Position numbers and translations under genes: made by a program. Below are positions 46,948-56,534 of a DNA stretch of 64,000 bases, piece after piece (position 1 is the stretch's first letter; each line of letters starts with the position of its first letter). Below the pieces are notes generated by a model that saw only the letters and a list, made by a program, of their open reading frames with translations, did no database searches and was not told the DNA's origin. Source of the DNA: Bacteroidales bacterium (GTDB lineage Bacteria; Bacteroidota; Bacteroidia; Bacteroidales; WCHB1-69); NCBI GenBank assembly GCA_024686335.1, contig JAILCI010000040.1, forward strand, positions 6,585-70,584. The letters run 5' to 3'.

Positions 46948-49413
46948 CTATTGTCCCATGCCCATACCGCCACCAGCACCGCCGCCTTGGGCTTGTGCTT
47001 GGGAAGCCTCCAGTTCCATCTTGCCGAACTTGAAGGTGATACCGCCACGGATGCTACGACCCATCCAGCTGTTCCAGTTGCTGCTGTTGACAGAGTAATA
47101 GGGATTGTTGATCTCCGAACCCATAATATTCCAGTTGAAGATATCGGAGACACTGAGGTGGATAGAGATACGGCGTTTCCAGAACTCGGCACGCAGACCA
47201 GCATCAATACTGTAGCGCGGCTTGGTAGTGGTGAACATATCGACACTCTTGGAACGATAATTGGCAGATGCATTGATCTCCAAGAAATTCCATAATTTTG
47301 CCCAAAAGTTCAGACGGAAGCTGTAGCCCAAATTGTCTACAGTACGTGGCGTCACCTCATCGCGGAAGATAAATGAACTCTTGGAGTAGTAGACATTAGC
47401 ATAGAAACGGATATTCATGAAGGCCTTGAGACGGTACATCACATTGAACTCAGCACCGGTATTGAGCGACTTGCCAGCATTGACCGGCATGCTAAAGGAA
47501 ACAATTCGGTTAAAGAAGGGACTGTAGATAACATCCGACTGGCTGCTAATCTCGTTCTTGCTGTTTTTAAAATAGGCATTGATACCGACATTGCCGAACT
47601 TGTTGATATACTTTGTCCATCCAGCCTCTATAGAGTTGGTGAAAGTCTGCAGCAAATCGGGGTTGCCTCTGCTAAATCCATCCTCGCCATATTCAATATA
47701 TGTTGTCAACTGGTCGCCACTAGGATTAGAAACCCGGCGTGTGTAGCTGAGCTTGAAATTGTGCATGTTTTTGGTACGGTAACTCAAGTGAAGAGAGGGA
47801 TAGAGGCCAAAATAGCCCTTGTGTACATCGTCGGCGGGAGAGTTCTTAATCAACAAGTTGTAAAGTTCATATTCAGCACGCAGGCCGCCCTTGAGAGTAA
47901 AATTGCCAAAACGGTGCTGCAGTGTTGCATAAGCATCAAAGCTACCGTCACGGCTCAGAGCGTCTTGCGAGCGAATGGCATCCATGACATACTCATTGGT
48001 TGAAAATACCAACGTATCGAGTCTAGTAAAATCTTTTCCAGGATCATATGAACCCGAAACGCCCAACTCGATTTCACCATTTTTATGATAGGGAATCGTG
48101 TAGTCCAGAGAGGCAGAGAGACCTAACGAATTATATTTACTGTTTGATTTTTTATCTTTATCCAAGTAATCCAAATAGGTGTAATCTCTTACCGTTGATT
48201 GGTTACTATTCCGTCCCCAGGTCCAGAAGCTGACATCGGCGCTGATTTTGTGGCCCATGCTGTTGAATTTATGCTCATACCACATGCCGCCATATCCACC
48301 TCCGCCAAAACTGTTGCTCAGACTTGTCTCAGTAAAAGAACGATCACTCGGGTTTATAAGTTCAAAATAATAATTGTTAGCATTGCTGCTAGAATTACCG
48401 AAACCCGGATAGGTTCCAGCCCAGAAATAGAGACTGTTAGCGGTATCTGGAGTATAAGAACCATTAATGTAGAGACCGAAATCATGAGATTTAGAAAGAT
48501 AGCTACTAGTACTACGAGTATAAGTAGATATATCTCCCGAATCGGTAAACATGGTAGCAGAAGACTCACCATTGCCCTTGCTCACGCGGTAAGAGTAGTT
48601 GAGATAAGTACTGATGGAGAATTTCTCATTAGCATAGACGTATGAGATGAAGGGAGTGATGTCAGGAGTAGAAGAACCGCGCACGCCGAAGCTTAAGAAG
48701 CTGTTCTTCTTGATCTTGGAAGCGGTTACGATGTTGATGATGCCGCCACTGCCCTGGGCGCTGTAACGTGCCGACGGGTTGGTAATGACCTCAATCTTCT
48801 CGATGGTACCGGCAGGCATCTGCTGGATGAAGTTCTTGAGAGCATCGGCGTTCATATTGGAGGGTTTGTCGTTGATCCAAATCTCCACGGAGGAGACGCC
48901 GCGCAGGGTCACATTGCCCTCCACGTCCACCTCCACGCCAGGAGCATTCTGCAGAGCATCGGCCGCAGAGCCCGACTGTACAGTAGGATCTTCGGATACG
49001 TTGTAGAGTGTCTTCTCACCATCGATGAGGTAGACAGGCTTCTCGCCCACGATCTGCACCTCGTCAAGGTCGGTACTCGTCTTCTTCATCGGAATATCGC
49101 CCAAATTGACCTTCCTCTGCTCTCCACCGATAGTCACGGGCATACGAACCGTCTCGTAGCCAAGCAAGACAGCCGCCAGCACATACTCGCCGGCCGGGAT
49201 GCTGGAGATCTGGAAACCGCCTTGAGCATCTGACACGGCCTGACCCACCATCTTAGCAGTGGAGTCTGGGGTTTGCAAGACCACCGTGGCAAACATAACC
49301 TTCTCTTTGTTAAGGGTGTCTACCATCGTTCCGGTGACGGTGTAACGACTTTGGGCTGACATGAAGGATATCAGTCCAAGTAACAATACTAAAAGAAACA
49401 ATCTCTTCGTCAT
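46948..49413 (-). CDS. TonB-dependent-receptor-like outer-membrane beta-barrel protein with an N-terminal CarboxypepD_reg domain
   Basis: It has a signal peptide and a CarboxypepD_reg segment (VTGTMVD...DAQGGFQISSIPAGEYVL). The plug region reads DALQNAPGVEVD..VTLRG. A long beta-barrel follows, then a Gly-rich tail after ..ITFKFGK. Confidence 0.8.
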   Translation of the reverse strand: MTKRLFLLVLLLGLISFMSAQSRYTVTGTMVDTLNKEKVMFATVVLQTPDSTAKMVGQAVSDAQGGFQISSIPAGEYVLAAVLLGYETVRMPVTIGGEQRKVNLGDIPMKKTSTDLDEVQIVGEKPVYLIDGEKTLYNVSEDPTVQSGSAADALQNAPGVEVDVEGNVTLRGVSSVEIWINDKPSNMNADALKNFIQQMPAGTIEKIEVITNPSARYSAQGSGGIINIVTASKIKKNSFLSFGVRGSSTPDITPFISYVYANEKFSISTYLNYSYRVSKGNGESSATMFTDSGDISTYTRSTSSYLSKSHDFGLYINGSYTPDTANSLYFWAGTYPGFGNSSSNANNYYFELINPSDRSFTETSLSNSFGGGGYGGMWYEHKFNSMGHKISADVSFWTWGRNSNQSTVRDYTYLDYLDKDKKSNSKYNSLGLSASLDYTIPYHKNGEIELGVSGSYDPGKDFTRLDTLVFSTNEYVMDAIRSQDALSRDGSFDAYATLQHRFGNFTLKGGLRAEYELYNLLIKNSPADDVHKGYFGLYPSLHLSYRTKNMHNFKLSYTRRVSNPSGDQLTTYIEYGEDGFSRGNPDLLQTFTNSIEAGWTKYINKFGNVGINAYFKNSKNEISSQSDVIYSPFFNRIVSFSMPVNAGKSLNTGAEFNVMYRLKAFMNIRFYANVYYSKSSFIFRDEVTPRTVDNLGYSFRLNFWAKLWNFLEINASANYRSKSVDMFTTTKPRYSIDAGLRAEFWKRRISIHLSVSDIFNWNIMGSEINNPYYSVNSSNWNSWMGRSIRGGITFKFGKMELEASQAQAQGGGAGGGMGMGQ

Positions 49414-49586
49414 ATGTTTGATTTTTTATTATTTTTCAAAATGTAAGAAATTCATTAACAACACATTACCAACAAAAGTTCGGCTCATTTAAGGACCTAT
49501 ATAAAGAGGACGCAAAAATAGAAAAAAGTGCCAAAGAATTCACACAAAATGTAAATTCTGGACTATTAAATATTTCAAAGGACACT

Positions 49587-50675
49587 CTATCTAAGAATCT
49601 CCTGGACCGCCCCTAGTTTTGGGACAATCAGGTCGAAGCCGGACTCTTCACTGGCTTTGCGTTCGTTTTCGAGAGGCTCGTCCCAAGAGTGACGGGCCAG
49701 AGCATATTTAGAGTGGTGAACCGTGATGACCTGACGGGCGTGAAGGTCTTGTGCCTCCTTGCCCAACTCATCAGGCATCGTGTGGATGAGATTCCAGTGT
49801 TCATTGTACTGGCCATTCTCAAGAACAGCCAAGTCTATATCGGGAAATTTTTCTCCAATAGTCTTAAAATGAGGCCCATAACCACCATCACAGCCCAAGA
49901 AGAGACGACCAAATGGCGAGTCGAGCAAGAAAGAGGCCCAGAGGGTATTGTTTCTTCGCAAAGCACGACCAGAGAAGTGTTGAGACGGCAAGCAATGCCA
50001 TTTCCAACCCTCTTCCATTAAGAGCTCCTCGTCCCAGTCCAGTTCTGTAACCTTGCTCATATCCATGCCCCAGCGTTCCAAGTGTGCTCCAACACCCAAC
50101 GGACAGACTACGCGTTGCACACGGTCCTTCAGACGAAGGAATGTCTTATGGTCAAGATGATCGTAATGGTCGTGAGTGATAAGCAGACAGTCGATGATAT
50201 CCGGCATATCCTCCGGTTGGTACACATCGGTGCCAACAAAAGGCCTATTCACAAAGGCGAAGGGAGCAGCCACACAAAAGACAGGATCCACGAGGATTGT
50301 TTTGCCATGGAGTGAAAGAAGATATGATGAATGTCCAAACCAGATGTAATAGTTATGGTCTGGAGAGAGATGTTTCAGATCTTCATGGGCCATTGTCAAT
50401 GGTTGCGATGGCACGAGGGCTTTTTTCTTGCCAAAAAGCAGATGACGGATTAACTTCATCGATTGGTGAAATGAGATTCTCAGCTCCACATCGTTAAGGT
50501 TTCGGAAACAGCCCTTTCGGTAATTGGGCGACTTGCGAATGCGTTCCAGCCGTTTGCCTTTAGGGTGCCTGCCAAACTGCGGAAGATGTACAATGATTGG
50601 CGCGACAATCGCAAACACGACCATCAACACAATCAGTAACGCAATCAAAATTATGGTTATAGATCCAATAATCAT
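49587..50675 (-). CDS. Membrane-anchored MBL-fold metallo-hydrolase (NAPE-PLD-like)
   Basis: It has an N-terminal TM helix and an HxHxDH motif within LITHDHYDHLD. Confidence 0.75.
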   Translation of the reverse strand: MIIGSITIILIALLIVLMVVFAIVAPIIVHLPQFGRHPKGKRLERIRKSPNYRKGCFRNLNDVELRISFHQSMKLIRHLLFGKKKALVPSQPLTMAHEDLKHLSPDHNYYIWFGHSSYLLSLHGKTILVDPVFCVAAPFAFVNRPFVGTDVYQPEDMPDIIDCLLITHDHYDHLDHKTFLRLKDRVQRVVCPLGVGAHLERWGMDMSKVTELDWDEELLMEEGWKWHCLPSQHFSGRALRRNNTLWASFLLDSPFGRLFLGCDGGYGPHFKTIGEKFPDIDLAVLENGQYNEHWNLIHTMPDELGKEAQDLHARQVITVHHSKYALARHSWDEPLENERKASEESGFDLIVPKLGAVQEILR

Positions 50676-50791
50676 ATCAAATAATCATATTAAAACCATC
50701 CCTTCAACTCCTTCAAAAGTACTAATAGAAACGGAAAACTATGATTATTATTGTTTAAGAAAAAAGATTTTCATGCAATATAAAAAAGTGG

Positions 50792-52135
50792 TTATGCAAA
50801 ACCGTATTTCTTTCGATATTTGAGCAGCAGCGACAGGGAGAGCAGAAGAGCCATTCCTTCAGCAAAGATAATGGCAAACCAGATGCCATTAACCCCAAAG
50901 ATAGCAGGCAGAAGAAGAACTGCTAGGGTCTCGCAAATAAGTGTACGACTTGTGGCGATAACGGCTGACACCACACCGTTGTTAAGGGCTGTAAAGAAAG
51001 AGGAAGCATACATATTATATCCCGTCAGCAAAAAGGAGATACTGTATATACGCATAGCACGAATGGTCAGATTTAGGAGCTCTTCATCGTAGCTGACAAA
51101 GATAGCAGACAGAGGACGGGCCAACAACTCGGCGATTAGGAATAGTGAGATACCGAAGATAGTAATGAGGATATGGCTTTTGCCAAAAAGATTCTTAAGC
51201 TCATTCTTGTTGTCGGCACCATAATGGAAACTTACAATTGGAGCGGAGCCCATACTGTAACCGATGAAAATGGCCACGAAGATAAACGAGAGATACATGA
51301 TGACGCCGTAGGCAGCCACTCCATCTTCTCCGATGTATCTGATCAGCTGATAGTTATACAACATAGTAACCACTGTCGCCGAGATATTGGAGAAGAACTC
51401 GCTGATGCCGTTAAAACAGGACTGCTTCAAGGCCCAGCCGTCCCATTCGGGGCGGACGAGTTGCAACAGAGAACTGTTGGGGGACATGAAATAAATGAGT
51501 GGTATCAAACCGCCGACCATCTGCGAGATAGCGGTAGCCCAGGCTGCTCCCTTTAGTCCAAAGCCGAAGACGGCAATGAGCAGATAATCCAGCAGCATGT
51601 TCAGGAGTCCAGAAATGATCGTAACCAGCAGACCGAGACGCGGGCGCTCGGCGGTGACCAACAGAGATTGGAACATCATCTGCAGGATAAAGAATGGAAG
51701 AGCAACTAAGAGTATGCGGCCATAGATGACACAATCGTCCACCAGTGCCTCAGTGGCGCCCAGCCAGACGGTAATCTTGGGAAGAAGGAGTCCTCCCGCA
51801 ATGGCAAAGCAGAGACCTATCACTGCACCTGAGCAGACCAGTAAAGAGAAGACCTTCTGAGCCTTTTCCTGCCGTCCTTCACCTAACAGCTTACCTATCA
51901 ATGCGCTACCGCCCGAACCTAACATAAAGCCTATAATGGCCAAAAACATCAGAAAGGGGAAGATGAAGTTAAGCGCGGCAAATGGCATTTTACCTGCAAA
52001 ATTGGATACAAATATGCCGTCCACCACGCTATAGATAGATGTAAAAATCATCATCACCATAGATGGAATAGTGAAACGCAGTAGTTTTCCGAAGGTAAAA
52101 TGGTCAGAAAGTTGTATTGACGAACTCATATCCAA
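50792..52135 (-). CDS. MATE family efflux transporter
   Basis: The 447-aa protein has about 12 TM helices and a typical MATE N-terminus (LLRFTIPSMVMMIFTSIYSVVDGIFVS). Confidence 0.85.
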   Translation of the reverse strand: MDMSSSIQLSDHFTFGKLLRFTIPSMVMMIFTSIYSVVDGIFVSNFAGKMPFAALNFIFPFLMFLAIIGFMLGSGGSALIGKLLGEGRQEKAQKVFSLLVCSGAVIGLCFAIAGGLLLPKITVWLGATEALVDDCVIYGRILLVALPFFILQMMFQSLLVTAERPRLGLLVTIISGLLNMLLDYLLIAVFGFGLKGAAWATAISQMVGGLIPLIYFMSPNSSLLQLVRPEWDGWALKQSCFNGISEFFSNISATVVTMLYNYQLIRYIGEDGVAAYGVIMYLSFIFVAIFIGYSMGSAPIVSFHYGADNKNELKNLFGKSHILITIFGISLFLIAELLARPLSAIFVSYDEELLNLTIRAMRIYSISFLLTGYNMYASSFFTALNNGVVSAVIATSRTLICETLAVLLLPAIFGVNGIWFAIIFAEGMALLLSLSLLLKYRKKYGFA

Positions 52136-52460
52136 TTATCAAAACCCCACTAAATAAAATGAAAAACAAGAATATCAACCGCTTTTCATTGGGGCGGCAA
52201 AAATAGTAAAATTATATCAGTATTCTCCCTGAGAGGAACGCAGTGGTTAATTGAAAATTGAAAATTAAGAGAGCGGAGTCACTTTGTAGAGATGCGCTAT
52301 AGCACGTCTCCGATTTTAGATAATAGTTAATAATTAATAGATAATAGTTACATCCGTGAGTCCCATTAGGGACGAACAAATCCGTTTGTTTTTTTTATTA
52401 ACAAGCGGATTTGCTCATGGCTAACGCCCCTCGCGGTGACAAATTAGCATATTGAGAATG

Positions 52461-52510
52461 AACGCAAAGAAAGCAAAGAATGTAAACGCAAAGACGCAAT
52501 GGACGCAAAG
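52461..52510. repeat. Degenerate 9-10-nt repeats (ACGCAAAG-like, 5 copies)
   Basis: The copies aacgcaaag / aaagcaaag / aaacgcaaag / acgcaatgg / acgcaaagg were read directly. Confidence 0.6.
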
Positions 52511-52524
52511 GCAGACTACCAGTC

Positions 52525-52604
52525 CAACAATTCAACAACTCAAAAACTCAACAATTCAACAACTCAACAGTTCAACAACTCAACAGTTCAACAGTTCAAC
52601 AAAA
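52525..52604. repeat. Tandem octanucleotide array, 10 units of CAACAAYT/CAACAGTT
   Basis: The units are CAACAATT CAACAACT CAAAAACT CAACAATT CAACAACT CAACAGTT CAACAACT CAACAGTT CAACAGTT CAACAAAA. The array ends 6 nt before a -7 promoter box. Confidence 0.85.
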
Positions 52605-52610
52605 AAAATG

Positions 52611-52618
52611 TACTTTTG
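52611..52618 (+). promoter_or_regulatory. Candidate Bacteroidetes -7 promoter box (TACTTTTG = TAnnTTTG)
   Basis: It lies 24 nt upstream of the ATG at 52642 and immediately downstream of the octamer array and an A8 run. Confidence 0.4.
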
Positions 52619-52641
52619 CCAATTATTTAAGCAATTAGGAA

Positions 52642-54228
52642 ATGACCAGGGCACGGGCTCGTAACATCATCACACGCATTGTCGCCATCCTGTTTGGGTG
52701 TACGGCAGCGTTCATTGTGGTCATCAATCTTCTCAAATCCAAATTTACGGGCGTACTGCTCTATTTTCACAAGCTAGAGACACAGCTCCCCCACCCCGTG
52801 CTGATGCTGATGGGAGTCGTTTTCATTGTCGGTTTGTATCTTTTGCTACGCCAAATTGGCGATAGGGAAAAAAGACGTCTTTCGGAACGCAGCACACTAC
52901 TTATCGCGGGTGGAATCTTCTTCGTTTTGCAGATGTTTTTCATCTACAACTACTGCTTTGAGAGTGGCTGGGATGTACAGATGGTGTTGGGGGCCGCACG
53001 AGAGATAGCACATGGCAACAGGGTTGTCGAAACGGGCTGGTATTTCAGCATGTATCCCAACAATCTGTTTATCACACAGATATTTGCCTTTATTCTGTGG
53101 ATCACTATTCCTTTGCACCTCGGCGCGCTCGACTATCTGGCCATCGTGACGGTACAGAGCATGCTCTGCGTGCTGACAGCCTGGATGCTGTATCAGATCA
53201 TCGTTGGGCAGACAAAGAAGCGTTGGCTCGCATGGTTCGGTTTGGCACTATATCTGTTACTCGTCGGCATCTCGCCCTGGACCTCCATTCCCTACTCTGA
53301 CGCTTGGGCTTTGTTTTTTCCCACGGCAGTTCTTTGGGTAGTGACCACCTCCGCATTTAAAGAGAAACCCTTCCTGCGTTGGTTCATAGCAGCAGCGTTA
53401 GCTTACATCGGTTACAAGATCAAGCCGCAGACCATCTTCGTGTTCGTCAGTGCTGTAGGTGTGGACATCATCAACATTCTGTTGGAGAAGGAAAGAAAGC
53501 CTTTGGGTAAGAGTTTCTGGCGGGGCAGTCCGCTCGGCGCCTGCGTGGGTTTAGTGTCAGCTTTTGTCTTCGCGTTAATTATCACGGCGACAGCGCCCAT
53601 TCGGCACAATTCTGACAGCAGGTTTGGCATTCCACATTACCTGATGATGGGCGTCAACCATATCAGTTTGGGCGGTTACTGCGACGATGACGTCATCTTC
53701 TCGCACCAGTACAAGACACCTCGCGAGCGCAACAAGGCAAATCTGCAGGAGACCGCACGACGCCTCCGATGGATGGGTCCTTCGGGATTCGGCTATCTTG
53801 CCTGCGAGAAGACACTCATCAACCATTTCGACGGCACCTTCAACTGGGGCAAGGAGGGCGAGTTCCTCAAGATTGTCTACCCAGAGCGCAACGGACATCT
53901 CTCGCCATTCCTGCGAAATCTGTATTACAACTTGACCATTCATGGAAAATACTATCCCTACTGGTGCACCGGCGCCACCGCCATCTGGCTCGGCGTACTG
54001 TTCTTGATGCTGTTTGCAGCTTTTGGCAAACAGGACCGTTTCAGCATCATCCTGATGCTTAGCATTTTATGCATAACGCTCTTTGAGACAATTTTCGAGG
54101 CACGGTCGAGGTATTTGTATGGGTATGTTCCATTGTATTTTTTGCTGGCGTTACAAGGGATCGGGAAGATAGAGATGGCAATCCAAAAGCTCAGGCAAAA
54201 AAAGCTGCATCATGCAAGCATGTTGTAG
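52642..54228 (+). CDS. Large polytopic membrane protein, possibly a GT-C-type (ArnT/PMT-like) glycosyltransferase
   Basis: The 528-aa protein has about 11-13 hydrophobic helices and one larger soluble loop near residues 330-430. The assignment is by topology only. Confidence 0.35.
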   Translation: MTRARARNIITRIVAILFGCTAAFIVVINLLKSKFTGVLLYFHKLETQLPHPVLMLMGVVFIVGLYLLLRQIGDREKRRLSERSTLLIAGGIFFVLQMFFIYNYCFESGWDVQMVLGAAREIAHGNRVVETGWYFSMYPNNLFITQIFAFILWITIPLHLGALDYLAIVTVQSMLCVLTAWMLYQIIVGQTKKRWLAWFGLALYLLLVGISPWTSIPYSDAWALFFPTAVLWVVTTSAFKEKPFLRWFIAAALAYIGYKIKPQTIFVFVSAVGVDIINILLEKERKPLGKSFWRGSPLGACVGLVSAFVFALIITATAPIRHNSDSRFGIPHYLMMGVNHISLGGYCDDDVIFSHQYKTPRERNKANLQETARRLRWMGPSGFGYLACEKTLINHFDGTFNWGKEGEFLKIVYPERNGHLSPFLRNLYYNLTIHGKYYPYWCTGATAIWLGVLFLMLFAAFGKQDRFSIILMLSILCITLFETIFEARSRYLYGYVPLYFLLALQGIGKIEMAIQKLRQKKLHHASML

Positions 54229-54431
54229 AAGGGCCCTTTTGGGTGGTATTGGTGGAAATGGGAATCAAACTGGAAGGTGTCTCTGGGAAGGAGAAGCAAA
54301 ACCAACAACAATCAACTGTAACAAATATAAATCATTAACTTTTTTTACATAATATAGAAGTGTCATTTTCATCTAACTTTTTGTTATTTTTGCAACAAAA
54401 TATATTAACCATCAAACCACTCGACTTTTTT

Positions 54432-56123
54432 ATGAGCTGCAAATCCAAACACATCTTATGGATTTTTTTGCTGACCCTATTTACAGCATGCAACAAAGTC
54501 AATTTCTCACATTTTAACGAAGGTGACCTTTATGTAACCAAGTACGAAAGCAAAGAGAGAGTTCTCACTATAGACAACGTTGATAAGAAAACCATCACAG
54601 GACGACTTTATACGTGCAATTCACTAATGGCCGTGCCACAATCATACACTGTTATAAAAAAGGGATCCAAAGTGGTGTTTTCAACAGGTGATTCGAAACA
54701 CAAAATTAATATTACGCTAAAGCGTGAAAATGACGACATCCATTGCACCCTCAAAGATCAAAACAAAACGCTGATTTTCTATCCTGCGCTTCCCGAAGAC
54801 ACCATCTCATATCGAAAGCAATATTTAAAACCTATATTCTCTGTCAAGGACACTAATATCATGTATGCCAGCGCCGATGGCTATTGGACCAGTTATCCTG
54901 ACGAGGACAAAAAGTTCAAAGAGATCTACATAAAGCGACTCCCACAGCTTGCCTCTATGAGTGAGCAAAAAATGCATTTGGATCTCTATGAACCTAAGAA
55001 TAACAATACCAAAAGGCCGCTGATTATATTGATTCATGGTGGAGCATTCTACAATGGGGATAAAAAGGATGAGACATATATTAAATGGAGTCAACATTTT
55101 GCCTCCATGGGTTATGTGGCTGCTTCCGTAAATTACAGAATGGGATTTCTCATTCAAAGAGAGTCCATAGACAAAGCCGGCTACCGTGCCGTTCAAGATG
55201 TCAATGCTGCCATTCGCTATCTAGTGCATCATGCTAAGGAATATCGTATCGACCCTGACAGAATCTTCACCTGGGGCACGAGTGCCGGTGGCATCACAGC
55301 ATTGAATGTAGCATTCATGCGCGACGACAACAGACCGCAAAGCGTTAAAGAAGAAGGTGTCATCGCCAAACTCATCCCGGAATGCAGAGACAATTTCCGC
55401 ATCAGGGCAGTTGCCAACATGTGGGGTGCTATTCATGACACAGCCATATTAGCCAATAGCAACACAGCTGTCATATCCTTCCATGGCGATGCCGATCCCA
55501 TTGTCCCTTATGGCTATGGCATCCCATTTAAAAAGATGTTCGACAACAAAGAATTATTAAACATTGATTTCTCCGGTCTCATACCCGAGACATCCGAGTC
55601 CCCAGACTTCTTAGACAAAAGCATTAAAAACTTAAAAGAAGGTTTTAATATTATAACGAAAAAGACCAAGGATGGCATTTCTAAATATATCATCCAACCG
55701 ATCTGGGACAATTTAGTGTCACCGATGTACGGTTCAAGTTGCATACACCAATATCTTGATAATCATGGCATCCGCAACAAACTATTCACGGTGCCTAAGG
55801 CAGGACACAGTCTCCATGTGGACAAGCACCGGAAAATCGTCCCCTATTTCTACACTATACAGGACTCCGTGGCGGAATTCTTCTACCACGAACTATATGA
55901 ACATCCTGTCGTCCTGCAGCAAGACAGCAAAGACCCTACCCTCTTCACCATTGACGACAGTGATGTGGACGAGGCGCACTGGCATGTGGAGGGAGGCATC
56001 ATTCTCGAGTCCTCTAGCGACAAGACTCGCGTGCTCCTCTTCGCCGACCAAAAGAAGAAATCCGTACGCGTTTCGGGTAAATACAACGACGGCTCCGAAT
56101 TCTCAAAGACTCTAAAATTCTGA
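54432..56123 (+). CDS. Lipoprotein alpha/beta hydrolase (carboxylesterase/lipase type)
   Basis: The lipobox is LLTLFTAC, the oxyanion motif is HGGAF and the nucleophile elbow is GTSAGG. The start was moved from the track's upstream start to the internal Met, MSCKSKHILW. That coordinate is taken from the track frame and may be off by 1 nt. Confidence 0.75.
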   Translation: MSCKSKHILWIFLLTLFTACNKVNFSHFNEGDLYVTKYESKERVLTIDNVDKKTITGRLYTCNSLMAVPQSYTVIKKGSKVVFSTGDSKHKINITLKRENDDIHCTLKDQNKTLIFYPALPEDTISYRKQYLKPIFSVKDTNIMYASADGYWTSYPDEDKKFKEIYIKRLPQLASMSEQKMHLDLYEPKNNNTKRPLIILIHGGAFYNGDKKDETYIKWSQHFASMGYVAASVNYRMGFLIQRESIDKAGYRAVQDVNAAIRYLVHHAKEYRIDPDRIFTWGTSAGGITALNVAFMRDDNRPQSVKEEGVIAKLIPECRDNFRIRAVANMWGAIHDTAILANSNTAVISFHGDADPIVPYGYGIPFKKMFDNKELLNIDFSGLIPETSESPDFLDKSIKNLKEGFNIITKKTKDGISKYIIQPIWDNLVSPMYGSSCIHQYLDNHGIRNKLFTVPKAGHSLHVDKHRKIVPYFYTIQDSVAEFFYHELYEHPVVLQQDSKDPTLFTIDDSDVDEAHWHVEGGIILESSSDKTRVLLFADQKKKSVRVSGKYNDGSEFSKTLKF

Positions 56124-56235
56124 TCTCTATGAAGAAATACGACATCGCTTTCAAGTCCGAGAAAGGACGTAAAAAAGAGAGCTACGAGCAGAATGGCGTC
56201 TGGACGGATATGAACAGGCTTGGTCTATAGAGTCC

Positions 56236-56529
56236 TTGACCGAAGAGATAAATGCTGAAAAAAAGAGTATCCCTCGGAGTATTCTGCTTCGAAAAATAGA
56301 AGAAATATTGACGAATAGCATCTATACAAAAGGAAAAGAAGAATCTTTAGCGGCACTCATCAAGTTATGCCGAGAGAAAGGACTCTTTTTATCTCATGAA
56401 AAAACGTCTGAAATCCTGAATAGCGTCATAGCACGTTACCGCGCACTCGCGCTCGACGACCCTAGCAAAGCAGCAGTGGAACGGATGGCTATCCAACTGC
56501 AATACTATGCAGCCGACACACCGAAATAG
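56236..56529 (+). CDS. Hypothetical small protein (TTG start), convergent with the TPR gene
   Basis: The 97-aa helical ORF has no recognisable motif. A 33-aa ATG ORF (56129-56230) just upstream in another frame may be part of the same, disrupted gene. Confidence 0.3.
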   Translation: MTEEINAEKKSIPRSILLRKIEEILTNSIYTKGKEESLAALIKLCREKGLFLSHEKTSEILNSVIARYRALALDDPSKAAVERMAIQLQYYAADTPK

Positions 56530-56534
56530 GAACG

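Noticed and set aside
52461-52604. Possible CRISPR array, because of the regularly spaced repeats
   Set aside because: The units are only 8-10 nt, lie directly head-to-tail with no unique spacers, and no cas genes are in the window.
54360-54431. The N-terminal 24-codon extension of the esterase ORF from the track's upstream non-ATG start
   Set aside because: The internal Met gives a canonical lipoprotein signal (MSCKSKHILWIFLLTLFTAC), and the extension is AT-rich promoter-like sequence. My hand count of this region disagreed with the track by 1 nt, so the track frame was used.
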